Assembly (NCBI GenBank): GCA_030141605.1
Contig: JAQGDQ010000015.1
Location: 248,001 to 312,000 of the forward strand
Direction of reading: 5' to 3'
Origin: Tubiluchus corallicola
Lineage: Eukaryota > Animalia > Priapulida
Length of the DNA stretch: 64,000 nucleotides
Shown here: positions 40,978-64,000 of the stretch, piece by piece
Layout of the letters: each line of letters opens with the position of its first letter
Numbering within the stretch: the stretch's first letter is position 1
Notes under the pieces: model-generated
The model's database searches: none
What the model saw: the letters and a program-made list of their open reading frames with translations, nothing else
Told to the model about the DNA's origin: nothing
Translations under genes and position numbers: made by a program

Positions 40978-41903
40978 TAATAATAATAATACAGTCGCTC
41001 TTAATGACACTGTCTGCAAAATAAAGTTAGCAAACATCGATGACATCGTGACAATAGCTTGATATTATTATCAAATGTGTTTGCTGTCCAGCCTCTGGTC
41101 CTCTGCAGTGTGCACTGCGCAGCGCAATGTGCCACTACAATAAAATAGCTCGAAGTCAATTTTACAGTTCTAAGAGCTGTTCGCTGTTCTAAGGTAGTCC
41201 ACATTGGGTTCAGGTCATGCCGAGTTAATGATACCGGTAAAAGCATTTTTCGTAAAAAACTTCGTTTAAAAACGCTAATTAACGTAAATAAATGAATAAT
41301 AACCTTTCCTGCTAAGTATTAGCATCTTAGTTTAATCACTGTCGTTTGCGTGACTGTATAGCCGTTACAATAGGTCTGACTCTATAATTTTTTAATTTAC
41401 TTTTTTATAATTGGTCATCTGCTTTTAATAAAGTGCTCTTTGCATTTGCAGATCTTTCCACTCCGCCTAATAGAATTATTAAACTATTTATCAGATTTCA
41501 TTAACGTATGCATTTGAAACACGCGTAAGCATGAAGCATATACCTGTGAATTGGATCCAAAGTCACTGTGATCTCATTATCACTATCAGTACATATATAA
41601 CTCATAAGCACTTGATTTTGCTTGTCAGGTGCAATTGTACCTACTGGTGATAACCTAAAATACATATGTCCTATGTACCTACCTGTTATGAGGCATAAAA
41701 ATTCATTTTGCTGTAAAAGATATCACAAACTGATTAAGATTACAATGCTGAGTGCAAATGAAAACCCACATCAAATGTATCAAATTTACGAAGTCAAAGA
41801 TTTTACAAGTGAAAAATAATTTGTTTGACCTGCTTCTTTTTTTCTAACTTGTATTAAAATCTTTTAGTTTCCAGTTCCGGCTGTCAGGTGAAGGTTTGCC
41901 GTC

Positions 41904-51204
<9,301 letters not shown>

Positions 51205-53241
51205 TCAATACGGAATCCTGAAAGTTGATGTGTTCAAGCTACCTACTTCAAGGCTCAAGTAAACCAAAATACCTTTTCCGTTCTCTTTTGTTCTTTTTGC
51301 AATATTTTCCAATTTTTCTTTGGCCTTTTGCTTTTCTGCCTGTTTTTACATTCGATAAACTTTGCTAAGGCATCTTGCGTATATTGATTAGGTTATATGC
51401 ACATTTTCCATAATGTTTTGAACAGCTAATTTCAGTTCATTCATTCATGCCATGGCAGTGACAAAGCTGGCTTTTGGGACAAATATGTATTAAACATGTA
51501 ATTCTGTTGGATGTGATTTAATCATTACTTTAAATCAAAGATTATTGGTGGATTTGTGACATTTATCCAAATTGACTTTTTGAATAAAAAACAAATATAT
51601 CCATGAATCCATCTATGCTGTTTGATTTATTAATGCTTGTAGTAATGAATAATGATGCCAAGCCTGTTAACATCTCTGTGTAATCATTGTTGTGCCTTCT
51701 GTATTGTAACTGGCATTCAGTATTATTATTAGCTACAATGTTGTCTGTAAACCTGCAGATGGTCTATAATGAAAATTTGCTATATTTCAAAAACTATATG
51801 AATTATATTGCCTTAATTTTATTGAAATACAAAACCATTTATGATTTTGTAAAGTTAGCATTTCTGCCTTGGTAAAATAATTATTATTATGATTTCAAAA
51901 TTGCAGGCGCTTCACTCTCCATAAACATTGGCGGACAACTTTATGTGATGAAGTGGCATTGATGTTTGCTTTTTTTCTTTTTTTCTTTATCATAGTTACA
52001 TAATGCACAGTTCAGTTAAATGAAAGCTGTTAGAAACAAGATAATATCTGTATAATTTTTGTTGTGATGTATTACCCGGTTATTTGTTAATAGTTTTTAC
52101 TTGAACAATTTTTTGTTCAACTTTTGTGCATGCCACGTTTTAGTGTATAAATTTGTGAAGCACTACCATTTTGTAAATTTAACAAAATATAATTATTACA
52201 TGTAATTTATTATTAAAGAGTCTCAAGTATATTAGTACTTGCATTGATAGTACTATCAGTATAACTGTCTCATTATTGCTTATAATAACTTTTCTGTCCT
52301 AATCAGTTAATTACTAATTACTGTCCTGCTGTAAAACGTTAATAGACATTTCATTTGCCTCTTCACTGCTGATAAACTAACATAGCTCCACTACCTAGTG
52401 ATTGTTCTTCAATGAAGTTTTTCCAATATTTCTTAAAAAAAATGTGCAGAAAGACAAGATAAAAGCTAAATAAAATAGTCTTTGGATTTCTGAATTGGGT
52501 ATTGATTGCTGATGGTACTGTAGTGCTACCAAAGGGTACTTGTACCAAACTAATGCGTAGGCATCTTCTTCGAACATGAAGTAAGTATCCGATTTATTAA
52601 TCAAAATACCTTTTGTAACTGACTTAATATCTATTTTGAGATTATGATGTTACTTTATGTTGTGTTAATAAACCGGGGATTGTTATTCTAGATAATTCTT
52701 CATTAGGACTGTCATTTTTGAACACAGAATTATAACTCAATAAAACAGAACAAATGGGAAATTTATTTTAGTGTGCTAAAAATTGTATTACTATTCTGTT
52801 TACACTCTGCAAGGTGAAATCCGGCTATACGATTATAAAGCTTGTGATAGGACCATTACTTAATTCGTTACCAGAGATAATTTTCTAAGATGAAATACGC
52901 TTCAAGCAGGAAGACAGGACGGCCTCAACAGCAGCCAAGGACAGAACAGCACATAAAACAGCCCGGAACACTGAACCAACCTAATACTGACCAAGCATGG
53001 TGTTGCTTAAAGTATAGACATTGAGCTCACAAATAAAAGCAGCAAACAAAAATTAACTTTTAGTAAATATTTGGCAAACATTACTAGAGAAAAGTGTCAG
53101 AAAGTGAAAAAGACGAGATTTATGAAAACAAATTTTAAAAATAAGTTTAAGAAATACTTGAAATGTCCCCCCACGCAAAAATCAAGATGAGCCTGGATGG
53201 CACAACTGGCCATTTATCAAAGCGTGAGAAAACTTTTAATA

Positions 53242-53692
53242 TATTGGGTGAATCAGATTATAGAGTTAGATTGAAACAGAAAGTTGGTAATAATCAATGC
53301 TAAGATACAGAAAGTAATGAATGTGAGGCAGATAACGGGACTGGAAATAGAAATTTTGTTTGCAGTGTGTACATGTATATATGTGTTAGAGTAACCGCAG
53401 ACTGTCTACATGACGCTGGTACAGCATTTTAATGTAAAATATTTGGTTTGTTATGAGGACTTTACTTTTCTCTGTCCTTTGGCGTACTAACATAATCGTA
53501 GTAAGGAGGCCAATGTGAACCGTTTGAATTGCCTCACATTATGTGTGCGTCTGTGTGTGTGTGCGTCTGTGCGTGTGCGTCTGTGTGTGTGTATTGGGTG
53601 AATCAGATATAGAGTTAGATTTCAAAGCAATTTAAACAGAAAAGTAAGTAATAATCAATCCTAGATTACAGAAAGTAATGAATGCGAGACAA
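53242..53692. repeat. Two ~95-bp diverged direct repeats with a (GT)-type microsatellite before the second copy
   Basis: TATTGGGTGAATCAGAT(T)ATAGAGTTAGATT...ACAGAAAGTAATGAATG at 53242 and 53592. Confidence 0.85.
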
Positions 53693-54369
53693 ATATATAT
53701 ATATCGCAAAATGTTAATTAACTGTAGCACTTATTGTTTATCTTGTAATTCTCGTGTTAATTAGGAGATAAATAAAAATTACCTATGGTATGTCTATTAT
53801 CTAACATTTATAAAATAAGTTGTGTGTCACTGACTCACTGTAACTGGTCTGTGTAATTAGTTCGGCCACGTTTCTCATTCAGAAAGGTTTGCGTTTCTGC
53901 ACGATCCCAGTCAGTTTTTTCGTGCAGTGTGTTTATGTGTTCACCTGTGAAAGAGAGAATTTCTGGGTCAGCTTCGATGGCCTTGAGCTGTGAACGCTGT
54001 CTGGGGACGCAGCGAATTCACTTAGAGCAGTATTTGATTTTCGTCGTAAAAGCCGGCTGCGAACTTTCACTTGGTTAGGCGTGAATATTATCAGCAGCAG
54101 GTATTCCTATCAGTTTCATCTAACTCATAGTGCTGTTATAGGACTCATTCCATTTAGTATTTAGGGAACTACTTAACATTTATTCTAATGAAACAGGAAA
54201 ATAACTTTGGCGTATGACAGCGGTATGTAGTGATTATAATTCTGGGAGATTACCCATAATTGCTGTTTAGTACATGTAATTAGTTCCTAAGTTCTGTTTA
54301 CTAATTTTGCACAATGTGTACATTTTGTATATATGAAATATGATAATATTTTAGCTGGTTAATACGTAT

Positions 54370-54520
54370 ATTTAACAGATGTTGATAGCATTGCTAAGGA
54401 ATCACCCCTTTGCTTGTGAAATGACTTCATCGTGACAAGGAAGTGTAATGACAAGCTAATGTAAAAATTTGTGCTCTACTGGGATTCAAACTCGGACCTT
54501 CTGTATTGCAGGCAGCCAAT
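54370..54520 (-). mobile_element. tRNA-derived SINE-like fragment
   Basis: Minus strand GCCTGCAATACAGAAGGTCCGAGTTTGAATCCCAGTAGAGCAC has a B-box and tRNA 3'-half pattern; no full cloverleaf. Confidence 0.5.
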
Positions 54521-54640
54521 AATTGTTAAAGTAACTGCAATCGTTTATTAATTAATGATATCGTTAGTTACCAGCTAATTTGAGAAAAGAATTGATCTCT
54601 TGAATTTTGTTCACCATGTTTTATTCTTCTTGACCTTTAT

Positions 54641-54695
54641 ACTATACTATACTATACTATACTATACTATACTATACTATACTATACTATACTAT
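54641..54695. repeat. (TATAC)n microsatellite
   Basis: Direct reading. Confidence 0.95.
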
Positions 54696-54830
54696 AATAA
54701 CGTTTGCATGTGCATGTTATCACAAACATTTCAGTTTTATGTAAAGCCTCATTGCTTCATTGTTTTTATGCATTATTTTTTGCTATCTATTTTGAACTAA
54801 AATTGAAGAGGCAATTCCATGTTCTTCCAG

Positions 54831-55029
54831 GGTGCATAAGTTGGAGGGGCTTCGAGTTGCTGACGCAACTATTATGCCGGACATTGTTGCTGGAAACACT
54901 CATGCACTTACGGATAATGATTGCAGAAAAGGCGCAGCTGATATTATAAAGGGAGTTGCTGATTATTTCAAATGTGATGAGTGGGTTGGGCTAAACTTGG
55001 GCAATGTCCATTTCAAAAGTTTAACATGA
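54831..55029 (+). pseudogene. Orphan GMC terminal exon (relic of a third paralogue or an alternative last exon)
   Basis: Acceptor TTCTTCCAG|G in the same phase as exon 11; VHKLEGLRVADATIMPDIVAGNTHA; IMIAEK is displaced into another frame by +1/+2 insertions. Confidence 0.8.
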
Positions 55030-55889
55030 TAATTGGGTAGTGGATCAGTAAAAGGGCTGAAAAGCTGTTTTGATTTTAAACTATTTAAAATGTTTTGACA
55101 CTCGGTTCTAGTTAAACTGTGCTACATGGTGTCCTACAGCAGTTGATTTACAGTTAATTTCACAGTGAGTGGCACTAATTAATTAGTATAATATTAATAA
55201 CAGTCAGACCCAGAACTGTGAATTTTTAGCAAAAAATAATTTTGGAATTCTGAGCTTCGAGACATTGTAATGAGCGAGTATGAAGTGTATTCTTGTGCAC
55301 ATAACATTTTTTTCTGATTTTGAATAATATTTTGCTCACAAGTTTGTATGTATGTTGCTGATTTTTATAAAATCAGTCATTATTTACTTGCAAAAATTCA
55401 ACTTTCATTAATTTCAGGACATATCGACTCCCGAATATAATTATTTTGAAATGCACAATTACTTTAAATTATTTAATTATTTTAAAAATACTCAATACTA
55501 TTTCATTAAATGTTTATTAAACTACTCAAAATATTCTGAATCACAGAGGAACCTTCAATACTGTTACATTTTCTGAAATATGTACATAAAAAACACTAGA
55601 ATACGTGTGCAAACTGTGCATTTACCATACAAGCATTATGCAGATTTGCTGATATTGTGGAATTTATGTTGAATGTCTGATGATGTACAAACTATAATGT
55701 AAATAAAATAATTATGTAATTAACAATAGTTGCAACAATGTTGTATTTTTGCCATGCTGACTTAATGACCAAAGCATAGATTTAAGCAAAATTGTTAGTT
55801 TATAGTGTAACTTTCTTGTTGAGGAATAACGATAACATTTAAAATCGTTATTTCACAAACCTTGGAAAGTATTAAAGAACCTAGACCAG

Positions 55890-56023
55890 ACCTACTTTTG
55901 TTGTGATTTTAAAAGATTTTTAATTACTGCATGATATATATGTAATCTGCATATATAATGCCGATCTTTAATTACTGATTTATGCAGTATTTAGAAATCT
56001 TTTAAAATCACAAAAAAGTAGGT
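55890..56023. repeat. Foldback / inverted repeat (MITE-like)
   Basis: ACCTACTTTTGTTGTGATTTTAAAAGATTT...TACTGCAT pairs with ATGCAGTA...AAATCTTTTAAAATCACAAAAAAGTAGGT. Confidence 0.75.
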
Positions 56024-57190
56024 TTATATGGCAACATTATATTTATGGCAAGGTGAGAATATTTCAGTAATTACTTTGAAGGATACGCAAAAAAAAGCCT
56101 GAAATTATCATAATTGTACGATATGCATAGTTATTTTTACCTGCATAGGTGCAATGTTTCATAGCATGTGCACATTAGTGCAGAGCAGAAAGTTGTAAAT
56201 TGTTCCGAAAAGTACGTAACAATGTTTCCTTTAGGCCAAAATTAGGTCTCAAATTAGCATTCAGTGAATTGCTATTGTATTATTAATCTTTTATTCGTAT
56301 AAAAAAGTTTATACGGTAATGTGGTTTTAGTATGAATAATTAATACAATAAAATATATTGGCATCACCAATTTAATTTTTAGAAAATTGTAAGTTACTAT
56401 GATAGACATTGGTGAAATTTCATAGGATCGACACTGTAGACTCAATAGTAACTTGGTTCTTGACATTCTTTCCTTATGTGATACCATTATAGGCTATTTA
56501 TGCTCTACTAAAAAGACCAATGTCACATTGATCTTGGGTTGTGTAAACACTGTAACATTATGACTGGTACAAAGTAGTTTTGCCTTCTACTACAGAATAA
56601 ATAAAACCTAGACACCTATCTGTGGATGCAAACCATTACTACCCTATCAGCCCAAATAAACAGTTGACTGATCCAAGTTCGCAGGTTTTGGACTTTAAGT
56701 GTTTGCACGTTCAGCACTGTTGCCAATGGGAACACGGTGCATGTAGTGTACAGAAGTTGTGAGGTGAGCAAATCATGTAACTGTTTTAGATTTATAGGTA
56801 ATTACAACATGCGACAAAAATTTTACTATTGTTGTGGCACTTGTAATCCTGCCTCATCACTTTGAATGCATTTGTCAAAACACAACAACATAATTCTTGA
56901 TAGTGTGTAGGCATAATTGTATGAATATCAGTAAATGAAAGTCTCTGGTGGTATACTCATTAACTATCATGTGGTGTAAACAAAATTAGAAAATGAAGCA
57001 TTTGTAGATTAAGTGATATTCATGTGATGGTCTTTAAATATGGCACAATCCAATAATTATGCAGATGTTATTCATTGTAATTTGATGTAATATCAAGCAT
57101 ATCATTGCCTGGCCTTCAGAATATCTAGATTTGCATCTGGTAATTTTAGCTGTTTTGATTTTTATTTTCCTTTAAGAGGTCTTTTAGAAG

Positions 57191-60100
57191 ATGGCACACT
57201 TCGACAAAGGCAGCGCTCTTCATGTAGTCATCCTCTCCGCTATTGTGTACTATATATTTTTCTACAAGCCAACTACGTACCTGAGAAAAGAGCTTAATGA
57301 CTCCTATGATTATATTATAGGTATAAAACTTTACATTTGTTCTTCTCATATCTCATGATCTATTAGTGCAATAACTGTATGATCCAGAATGTGTTAAAAA
57401 TTCAAAATCATTTTTACAATTATATCTCCGGTGATCCCTGGCCATCCATAATTTCTCCACAGTTGCAATTTGCCTTGGTTATGTACATATATTGTAAAAA
57501 AAATTTGTTTTTTCAGTGGGTGGAGGTGCGGCAGGCTGCGTCTTAGCCAGTCGTCTTTCTGAGGACCCACAAGTGTCAGTGCTTCTAATGGAAGCAGGAA
57601 TCAGTGATGACAAAAATCCAAATATAGCTGTACCTGGAAGGTTAGGTGCCTTAAGAAGAAGCAAACAAGACTGGGATTATCTAACAGTACCACAGAACAA
57701 GTCCTGCAAATCGCTCAAGAATCAAGTAAGTCTACATTAAGTAATATTTCTCACAGGGTTCAGGTACGAGTGGATATGTGTACATGCTTTGCGTAGTGGC
57801 TCCTTGGGTCACTTCATTTGCCATACTGATTCTGGCTGTTGACTTGTAGAGAGAGGATGTATATGCACTCAAACATGGACAAGACACCTCTGTTGGTTCA
57901 GTGGCTCATCTTAGAGGGATATACTTCCTAATGAGCCAGATTCCAATCATGCCACAAAACTTTGTATTGAGTAGGCCCATCGCTGAATGCTGGATCATGA
58001 CTAGCAAATGCCGAAGTGTAAAAAAATCTGTGTTTCTGCCATTTTGAGCTTATTAATATGTTTATCTGTTTTACTTTTTAGCTACTTTTTGCTTGAAAGT
58101 GATCCATTGCTATTTGCTCCTGTAACAATAGTTCACAGGTTTTGAACTTTTCGTTCACAGGGAGCAGTTATTATGAGAAAGGAGGAAATTGTACATTTCA
58201 CAAACTTGAGTTGGGATGAAGTGTGAAGAGATTACAGTTTACAGTGTATCAAGTGTCGGATGCTTGAGTTCAAAAATAAACCAGCCTTTATCAATTTTAC
58301 CAGTGCTTTAGTCATTTTTTGCCACTTTATAGCAAAGTTTATGGCCAAGAGGAAAAGCCTTGGGTGGTTCAGGAATTCTCAACTATGAAGTTTACATTCG
58401 TGGAAATAAAAAAGATTATGATGACTGGGAAGCAATGGGAGCTACTGGGTGGAGCTATGAAAAGGTTTTGCCATATTTCAAAAAATCAGAAGATATACAA
58501 ATTCCAGAATTAAAAGGTTCAAGTAAGTACAATCCAATAATGCAATAACGCATACTAAAAGTGTAATAGAAAAACAATTGATGTGACTCTGTTCTTGTAA
58601 ATATTATTTTGTATGAAATTTATTCACAATAATTGTTAAGGGCGAAGTCAGGCAAGGCAAAGCATCGGTTTTATCTGTTTACTAGTATTTGTCTGTCCCA
58701 GTGTTGTAGTCGTGTTTTGAAGTTCGACTCTGATTTCAGTCTAAGGAAGAAATTTCTTAACCAGAGACGAATAAGTCAACAGAGGGTAGAGATATCAGCC
58801 TTAGTGTAGTATAAAATTGACAATGAACCCCAGTGAGGATAGTCATATTCTATCTGCATGATATGAATATTGGTTGGTAAAGGCCAAGATTAAGGTTGTA
58901 ATTTTTCGTGCATTTCTCCAATGACTTATTTGGGGAGTTGACGGCCAGTGGTCAAAGCCAGTCGGTCAAAGGTAATGTCGAGCAGTAATGACTGCTACAG
59001 CTAACTCTAAAAAAGCTACAGAAACGAATTTCAAAAACAGGATAAAAAGTCAGAGGTCAAGGATAAGTTGGGCCAAGGAGATGATTTTTGTACTGAAGCT
59101 AGTACTGAAGACAGGTACTGTTTTGCTGCTACATACACTATTCAAATTATTTTTATAAGTATTATTTTTTCTCCTCTTTGTTCTACTTCTTCAGTTTCAT
59201 TTTCTTTTTGTCCTCGTCTTTCCTGTTCCTCTTTCCATCCTTCTATCCAGTTTTTCCTTGTTTTTAAGTTTCACTTCCCTATCCTCATATTTTTCTCTCT
59301 CCGTTTTCTTTACATCACCTCTCAGTTTTAATTAAAAAAGTATTTTTTTAATTAAGCATTACATAATTAAGTATTAAGCTGTGTTATTTGCATATGCACA
59401 ATTGTGCATTATCTTTACAGAGTATCATGGGCAGGAAGGACCCTTGGTGATTGAGAACTCACTTTTAAATGAAGAATTGGCAGAAGCATTTGTAAAGGCA
59501 GGCAGAGAACTTGGATATGAATCAGGCATTGATGTCAATGGCGAAAGTCAACTTGGTAAGAAAAGCAACATAACCTATGCAGTACATGCAATTGTTGAAT
59601 TTTGTTTTTCATTTCTTTTTATGCATTTTGTTAGGGGTCATGAAAACACAGCATAACATCAAAAGTGGTGTCAGACAAAGTGCCATGCAAGCATTCCTTC
59701 GGCCAGTACTCTCCAGACCAAATCTGCATGTTATTGTCCAAGCACATGTTACAAAGGTAAGGCACATTTTACTACCGTTTCTAACATTACTACTCAGTTA
59801 CTATTATTAAAACAATCATCTGCCTTATCTATGAGTGTTTGCACTTCACGTGCATCAGAAAAGGGCTCATTTCTTTCAAACGAAGTCTTGTTTTAGATAA
59901 TTCCAAAGTACCTGTAATAATGTTAGAAAATGCTATATATGTGGCAAATTTTCTAGTGGCACTAGAGGTAGCCATAATATTATGTTTACACGTCATTACA
60001 TTTTTTGACCTTTTTGGTAATATCAAATTCATTTTGAAATCGAATCGAATATCGAAGTCCTCAAAAAAAATACTGAGGATCAAAATTTTGAAAAAACAGA

Positions 60101-63100
60101 TATTAAAATTTGCAATGTCTCCAATTTCATCTTCCATTTCAGGTAAATTTTCAAGATAAAGTGGCTGTTGGTGTGACATACATTCATGAAAATACGAAGA
60201 AAACAGTGAAGACAAACAAAGAAGTGATATTATCAGCTGGTGCTATAGGTTCTCCACACATTCTTTTACTGTCTGGGGTTGGACCTAAAAAACAGCTAGA
60301 AAAATTACAAGTACGGAAAAATATTTTGGCTTTCTTACTGCTATCCAAAGAGTGAATTAACATGATAATGATAACGTATGTTGTAGTAATTACATTATCT
60401 ATCATATAGAGTTCCTACTACAAAACAAATGCATTGCCTAGCACGTATGGTGGGCAGTTATTTTTTAATTGGTAGTTCCATTGTATATCAGAACTGAAAC
60501 GGCCATTAACTTTAAATGAAAAGTGACCAGGACCCGTAGAAAGATATATTATTTTAGAAGCATGCTTTGTTTGGTGCTTTATTTATTTTTCTATTTAAAG
60601 GAAAGGACCAGTCACTTAGCATGTTGGGTTTGTTTACTGTTATCACTTAAACTTAAAAAATATAACAAAGCAACTTGCAAAAACTGTATAAAGCAGGGGT
60701 GTGCAAAGTGCGGCCCGGGCGATGAATTACATGTATCCAGCTGTATTCCACGCCACGATTACAAAGATAGTGCGAGTAGTTTTTTCCACTAGATCGGATG
60801 GCATTAACCCTTACAAGACGGTTGTCACTTAATGTCACTGTCGTGTCGGACATGACGAAATTACACGTTGCTCACTTGGAACACCAAAAAGCGATATAAT
60901 CACAGAACACAGCAAACTATCACGGAAGCCGCAATTGAAAAGCTCGAACGTGCAAGAAATTCGAAAAGCAATCTTGGCTGGTAGGAAGACCAACCAGCCA
61001 ATCTCTAGGCTTTTATTATCGAGACTGTTGATCTGCCTGGCCGTCTTCTTGGTCACACCAGGTAGAAAAATGATCTACCTACTATGACCAAGAAGGCGAC
61101 TAGGCAGATCAATTTGTAAGTAGCCAGCAAGCTGAAAAAGTGTGGTCACCCCTGATTTGGGGGGGGGGGGATTCCCAGATTTTAGTTACTGCTTAGGCTC
61201 AGTACACGCTTCATTAGTGGTTCTTTCATCGTTTCACCAGGTGTACTGTTCTTATAGATCAGAATCATGGATAAGAAAAAACAGGAAGATTGAAGAAGAA
61301 CATCGAGTCAAAACAGATTAATATGTACTGTACTACACAGACTGTGTGATACACATTACTAATATGCATTGTAATGAAATTACCACTATCTGTCGTGAAA
61401 GTAGAAATATATGGTTTTTAATATAAATTTTAATAATTTCTAAAATAGTTTTTTGAGTGTAGTAGTGCAGTAGTAATGATGTGCGCAGATCGCATGCAAA
61501 AAAATGTTATTACGTCCTACTGTACTTGGCTCCTTGATCTAACTGCTCGTGGCCCTCAGAAATGGCGGGAAAGTTTAATGTGGCCCGGCTAGTCAGATAA
61601 TTTGCTCACCCCTGGTATAAAGCATAAAATTAATTTACATTACCGCTGATTAGAAATTTTCAGGTGTGGTGGTAGCCGCTGTTCACTTGAAAATTAGGAC
61701 AAAACTGGTTAATTTCTAGACTTTCTGTAAGCCTCTCATGGTTTTCTGTAAGCACTTTGGTTAAACTAATTTAAAGGGGGAATATCACCAAAATTAAGTT
61801 GAGCTTGAATAACTTGTAATTAGATTGCGAATTCAAACAAATACATACAATTACAATTTCATGTGTAAGAATCCTTGGCAAAAGTTCGGATAAAATTGTA
61901 TACAAAACGAACATTTGACTAGGCTTCCATTGAGCATGGACCTGCACCTGTGCTTCTGGTGGCGAAAATTGCCATATTACAGATGAAACTTGGTATAAGT
62001 CACAAGGGGAGAATATATCTATTAGAATATACTATAATGGACCTATAACTTTCGATGATAGTAAAATATATCGCTTTTGCAGAATTTGATGAAAACATGT
62101 TAATGAGCGAAATGACAATCGTTTCTATCAGCTGCCTACCTATCCGACCCAAGGTCAAATACTGTAATGTAGTAATAACAGCTTTATTTTTAGCCCAGTT
62201 GTGTACGACAGTATCACAACAAGCTGTGGGTACACTCTGCTACATCATCAGCAGAGCTGCGCTAGTTCAATGTCTTCACCGGGAGAGGTAAGTGTAAGTG
62301 CAGCTCTGTGGCATTTCCCGTGAGATACAAAAAAGTTAATTACTCATTAACTAGACAATGTACTGATAAAAAAATTTCACCAAGTTGTTCACTGGGAAGG
62401 CAACTATAAAACAAGTTGAACTTGATTTTCATGATATTCCTTCTTTAAGCTTATGTAGCTTACCTAATGATTATTATTATTATTACATAAAATTTATGGA
62501 GCACCCCAAAACTCTAAAAATACTCAGTTGTGCTTTACAAACAAAGATCCTACAAAGCGTAAAATAAATCATACAACTATATGCACTATAAAGGAAAGCC
62601 TTAAAAATTTAAGTAAAAAAAATCAATATAAAATCTAGTTAGCATAAGCAAAACTAATATCTAATTCAATTCCCATACTCTAGTTTAAAAAGATGCGTCT
62701 TGAGCAATTTTTTAAATGTTGTTATATTATCACAACTTCTAATATTCAGTGGAAGGCTGTTCCAAACAGTTGGAGCAGCATGGGAAAAGGCACGCGTACC
62801 TAAAGTTTTTGCTTGTGTCCTAGGCACAACAAGTAGATTTTTATTGCCAGATCTTAAGTTTCTGGATGGTGTACAAACGCTAATCGGTTCCACAAGATAG
62901 CACAGAGTTTGACCAAGTAAACATTTAAATGCCAGCACAGCAATTTTGAATTTGGTTCTAGACTGCACCGGAAACCAGTCTATGGCACGTAAAAGTTATC
63001 ACAAAATTAGCTTTCTAAATTTTTGAAACTGTATCTAATAAAGGTATATCTGATAAAGATGCATCTAATTTTTTGTAAAAACTTACTATACTTTTCATAG

Positions 63101-64000
63101 AAGTTGACAGTCCACTGCTTTTCTTCGGTCGATGAATGACATCATTGGTGGACAAATGGGTGTTCAAAATGGGAACATCCAAGCATGAAATGATTGCAAC
63201 TTTAAAATGATTTACTAATTACGCAAGGCGCATATCTCACTTTTATTACTATATCCTTCCAACATGTTTCGCGAACACTGAAATTCATTTAACATTTACG
63301 ATAATAAACGCACATTAATCAAAGTAACTTACAGTTGTACTGTATTCACCTATGTAATGTGCTTTTGACGTATTCTATGTACAATATTGCATGCTATGAA
63401 TGTAGTAGAAGAAAACAGTGTAACTTAGTTCATAAACTTAGTTTACTAATGCCTTAACTGCTGTAAATGAAGGAAAAATACAACAAATGGAAAGTAATCA
63501 AGTTTTGCTTGTGACAGATAAATTAAAAATAAAATGGTGATAATGATGTCACCAATGATGCTGTTGATGATGATGATGACGACTACGATGATCATGCATC
63601 AAGATCAACGACCAAAACCAACTAAGTAGTTTTAATGCTGTAAATTTTTAAAAAGATTGGCTGTATTTTTTGTCACTTAGATACCTGTTGTTGCTGATTT
63701 GCCAGTTGGGCAAAATTTGAAAGATCACGTGGGTGGTTATTATCCTCTGTATGCTATTGAAAAGCCTGTTGGACCCACACCTGATGAAGTGCATTCTTGG
63801 TGGAATCAATTAAAATGGAAGATGTTTGGAACAGGTATGGCTAAAGCTAGAATGTTGATGAATTAGTGATCCACATGATATCTACTGCAAAGCCATTTTT
63901 GTGTTTCCATGATTTGCTGTCACTGAACTCTGCACTAACTACTTTTTTTCTTGTTTAGGACCTCTCAAAGCATCTGGCTGTGATGGCATTGCTTATTTTA
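57191..64000 (+). CDS. Second GMC oxidoreductase paralogue, 3'-incomplete in window
   Basis: Exons 57191-57320, 57517-57725, 58333-58522, 59421-59555, 59635-59756, 60143-60310, 63681-63834, 63959->64000; same intron positions and phases as gene 1; YDYIIVGGGAAGCVLASRLSE, WPRGKALGGSG, VGQNLKDH. Confidence 0.93.
60694..61614. mobile_element. Non-autonomous hAT-type element, 921 bp
   Basis: TIRs CAGGGGTGTGCAAA / TTTGCTCACCCCTG; perfect 8-bp TSD GTATAAAG at 60686-60693 and 61615-61622. Confidence 0.9.
62470..62990 (-). mobile_element. 3' end of an L2-clade LINE
   Basis: WFPVQSRTKFKIAVLAFK...PSRNLRS...GTRAFSHAAPTVWNSLP...FKKLLKTHLF; ends GCTCCATAAATTTTATG(TAA)n. Confidence 0.85.

Noticed and set aside
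54889-54906. GNTHA read as a His/His catalytic switch
   Set aside because: The catalytic Asn is the one in GNT and is retained; the His replaces the following Asn.
61771-61800. TTAA|AGGGGGAATATCACC Kolobok-like left end
   Set aside because: No convincing matching right end found.

Overview
AT-rich eukaryotic (invertebrate animal-like) genomic DNA with spliceosomal introns, many microsatellites and decayed transposons; no prokaryotic features. Host genes: (1) the large N-terminal exon of a long-isoform TSC22-domain/bunched gene (minus strand, continuing left out of the window); (2) an intronless C2H2 zinc-finger gene (minus); (3) a four-exon minus-strand gene missed by the ORF track, which I assembled by hand into an 84-aa secreted precursor whose 63-aa mature part is 46% Tyr and 24% Arg (YYRP/YYRRG repeats); (4) a tandem cluster of GMC oxidoreductases (glucose dehydrogenase-like): one complete 11-coding-exon gene (607 aa), an orphan copy of the last exon with compensated frameshifts, and a second paralogue running off the right end. 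Mobile elements include a truncated two-ORF LINE, a decayed RTE-like LINE, L2/CR1-type 3' ends, a Penelope-like GIY-YIG remnant, hAT-type and Kolobok-type MITEs, and 5S rRNA-derived SINE-like fragments. The best candidate for new biology is the Tyr/Arg-rich secreted peptide, possibly an adhesive, cement, structural or antimicrobial protein. All gene models come from manual reading; no searches were run.
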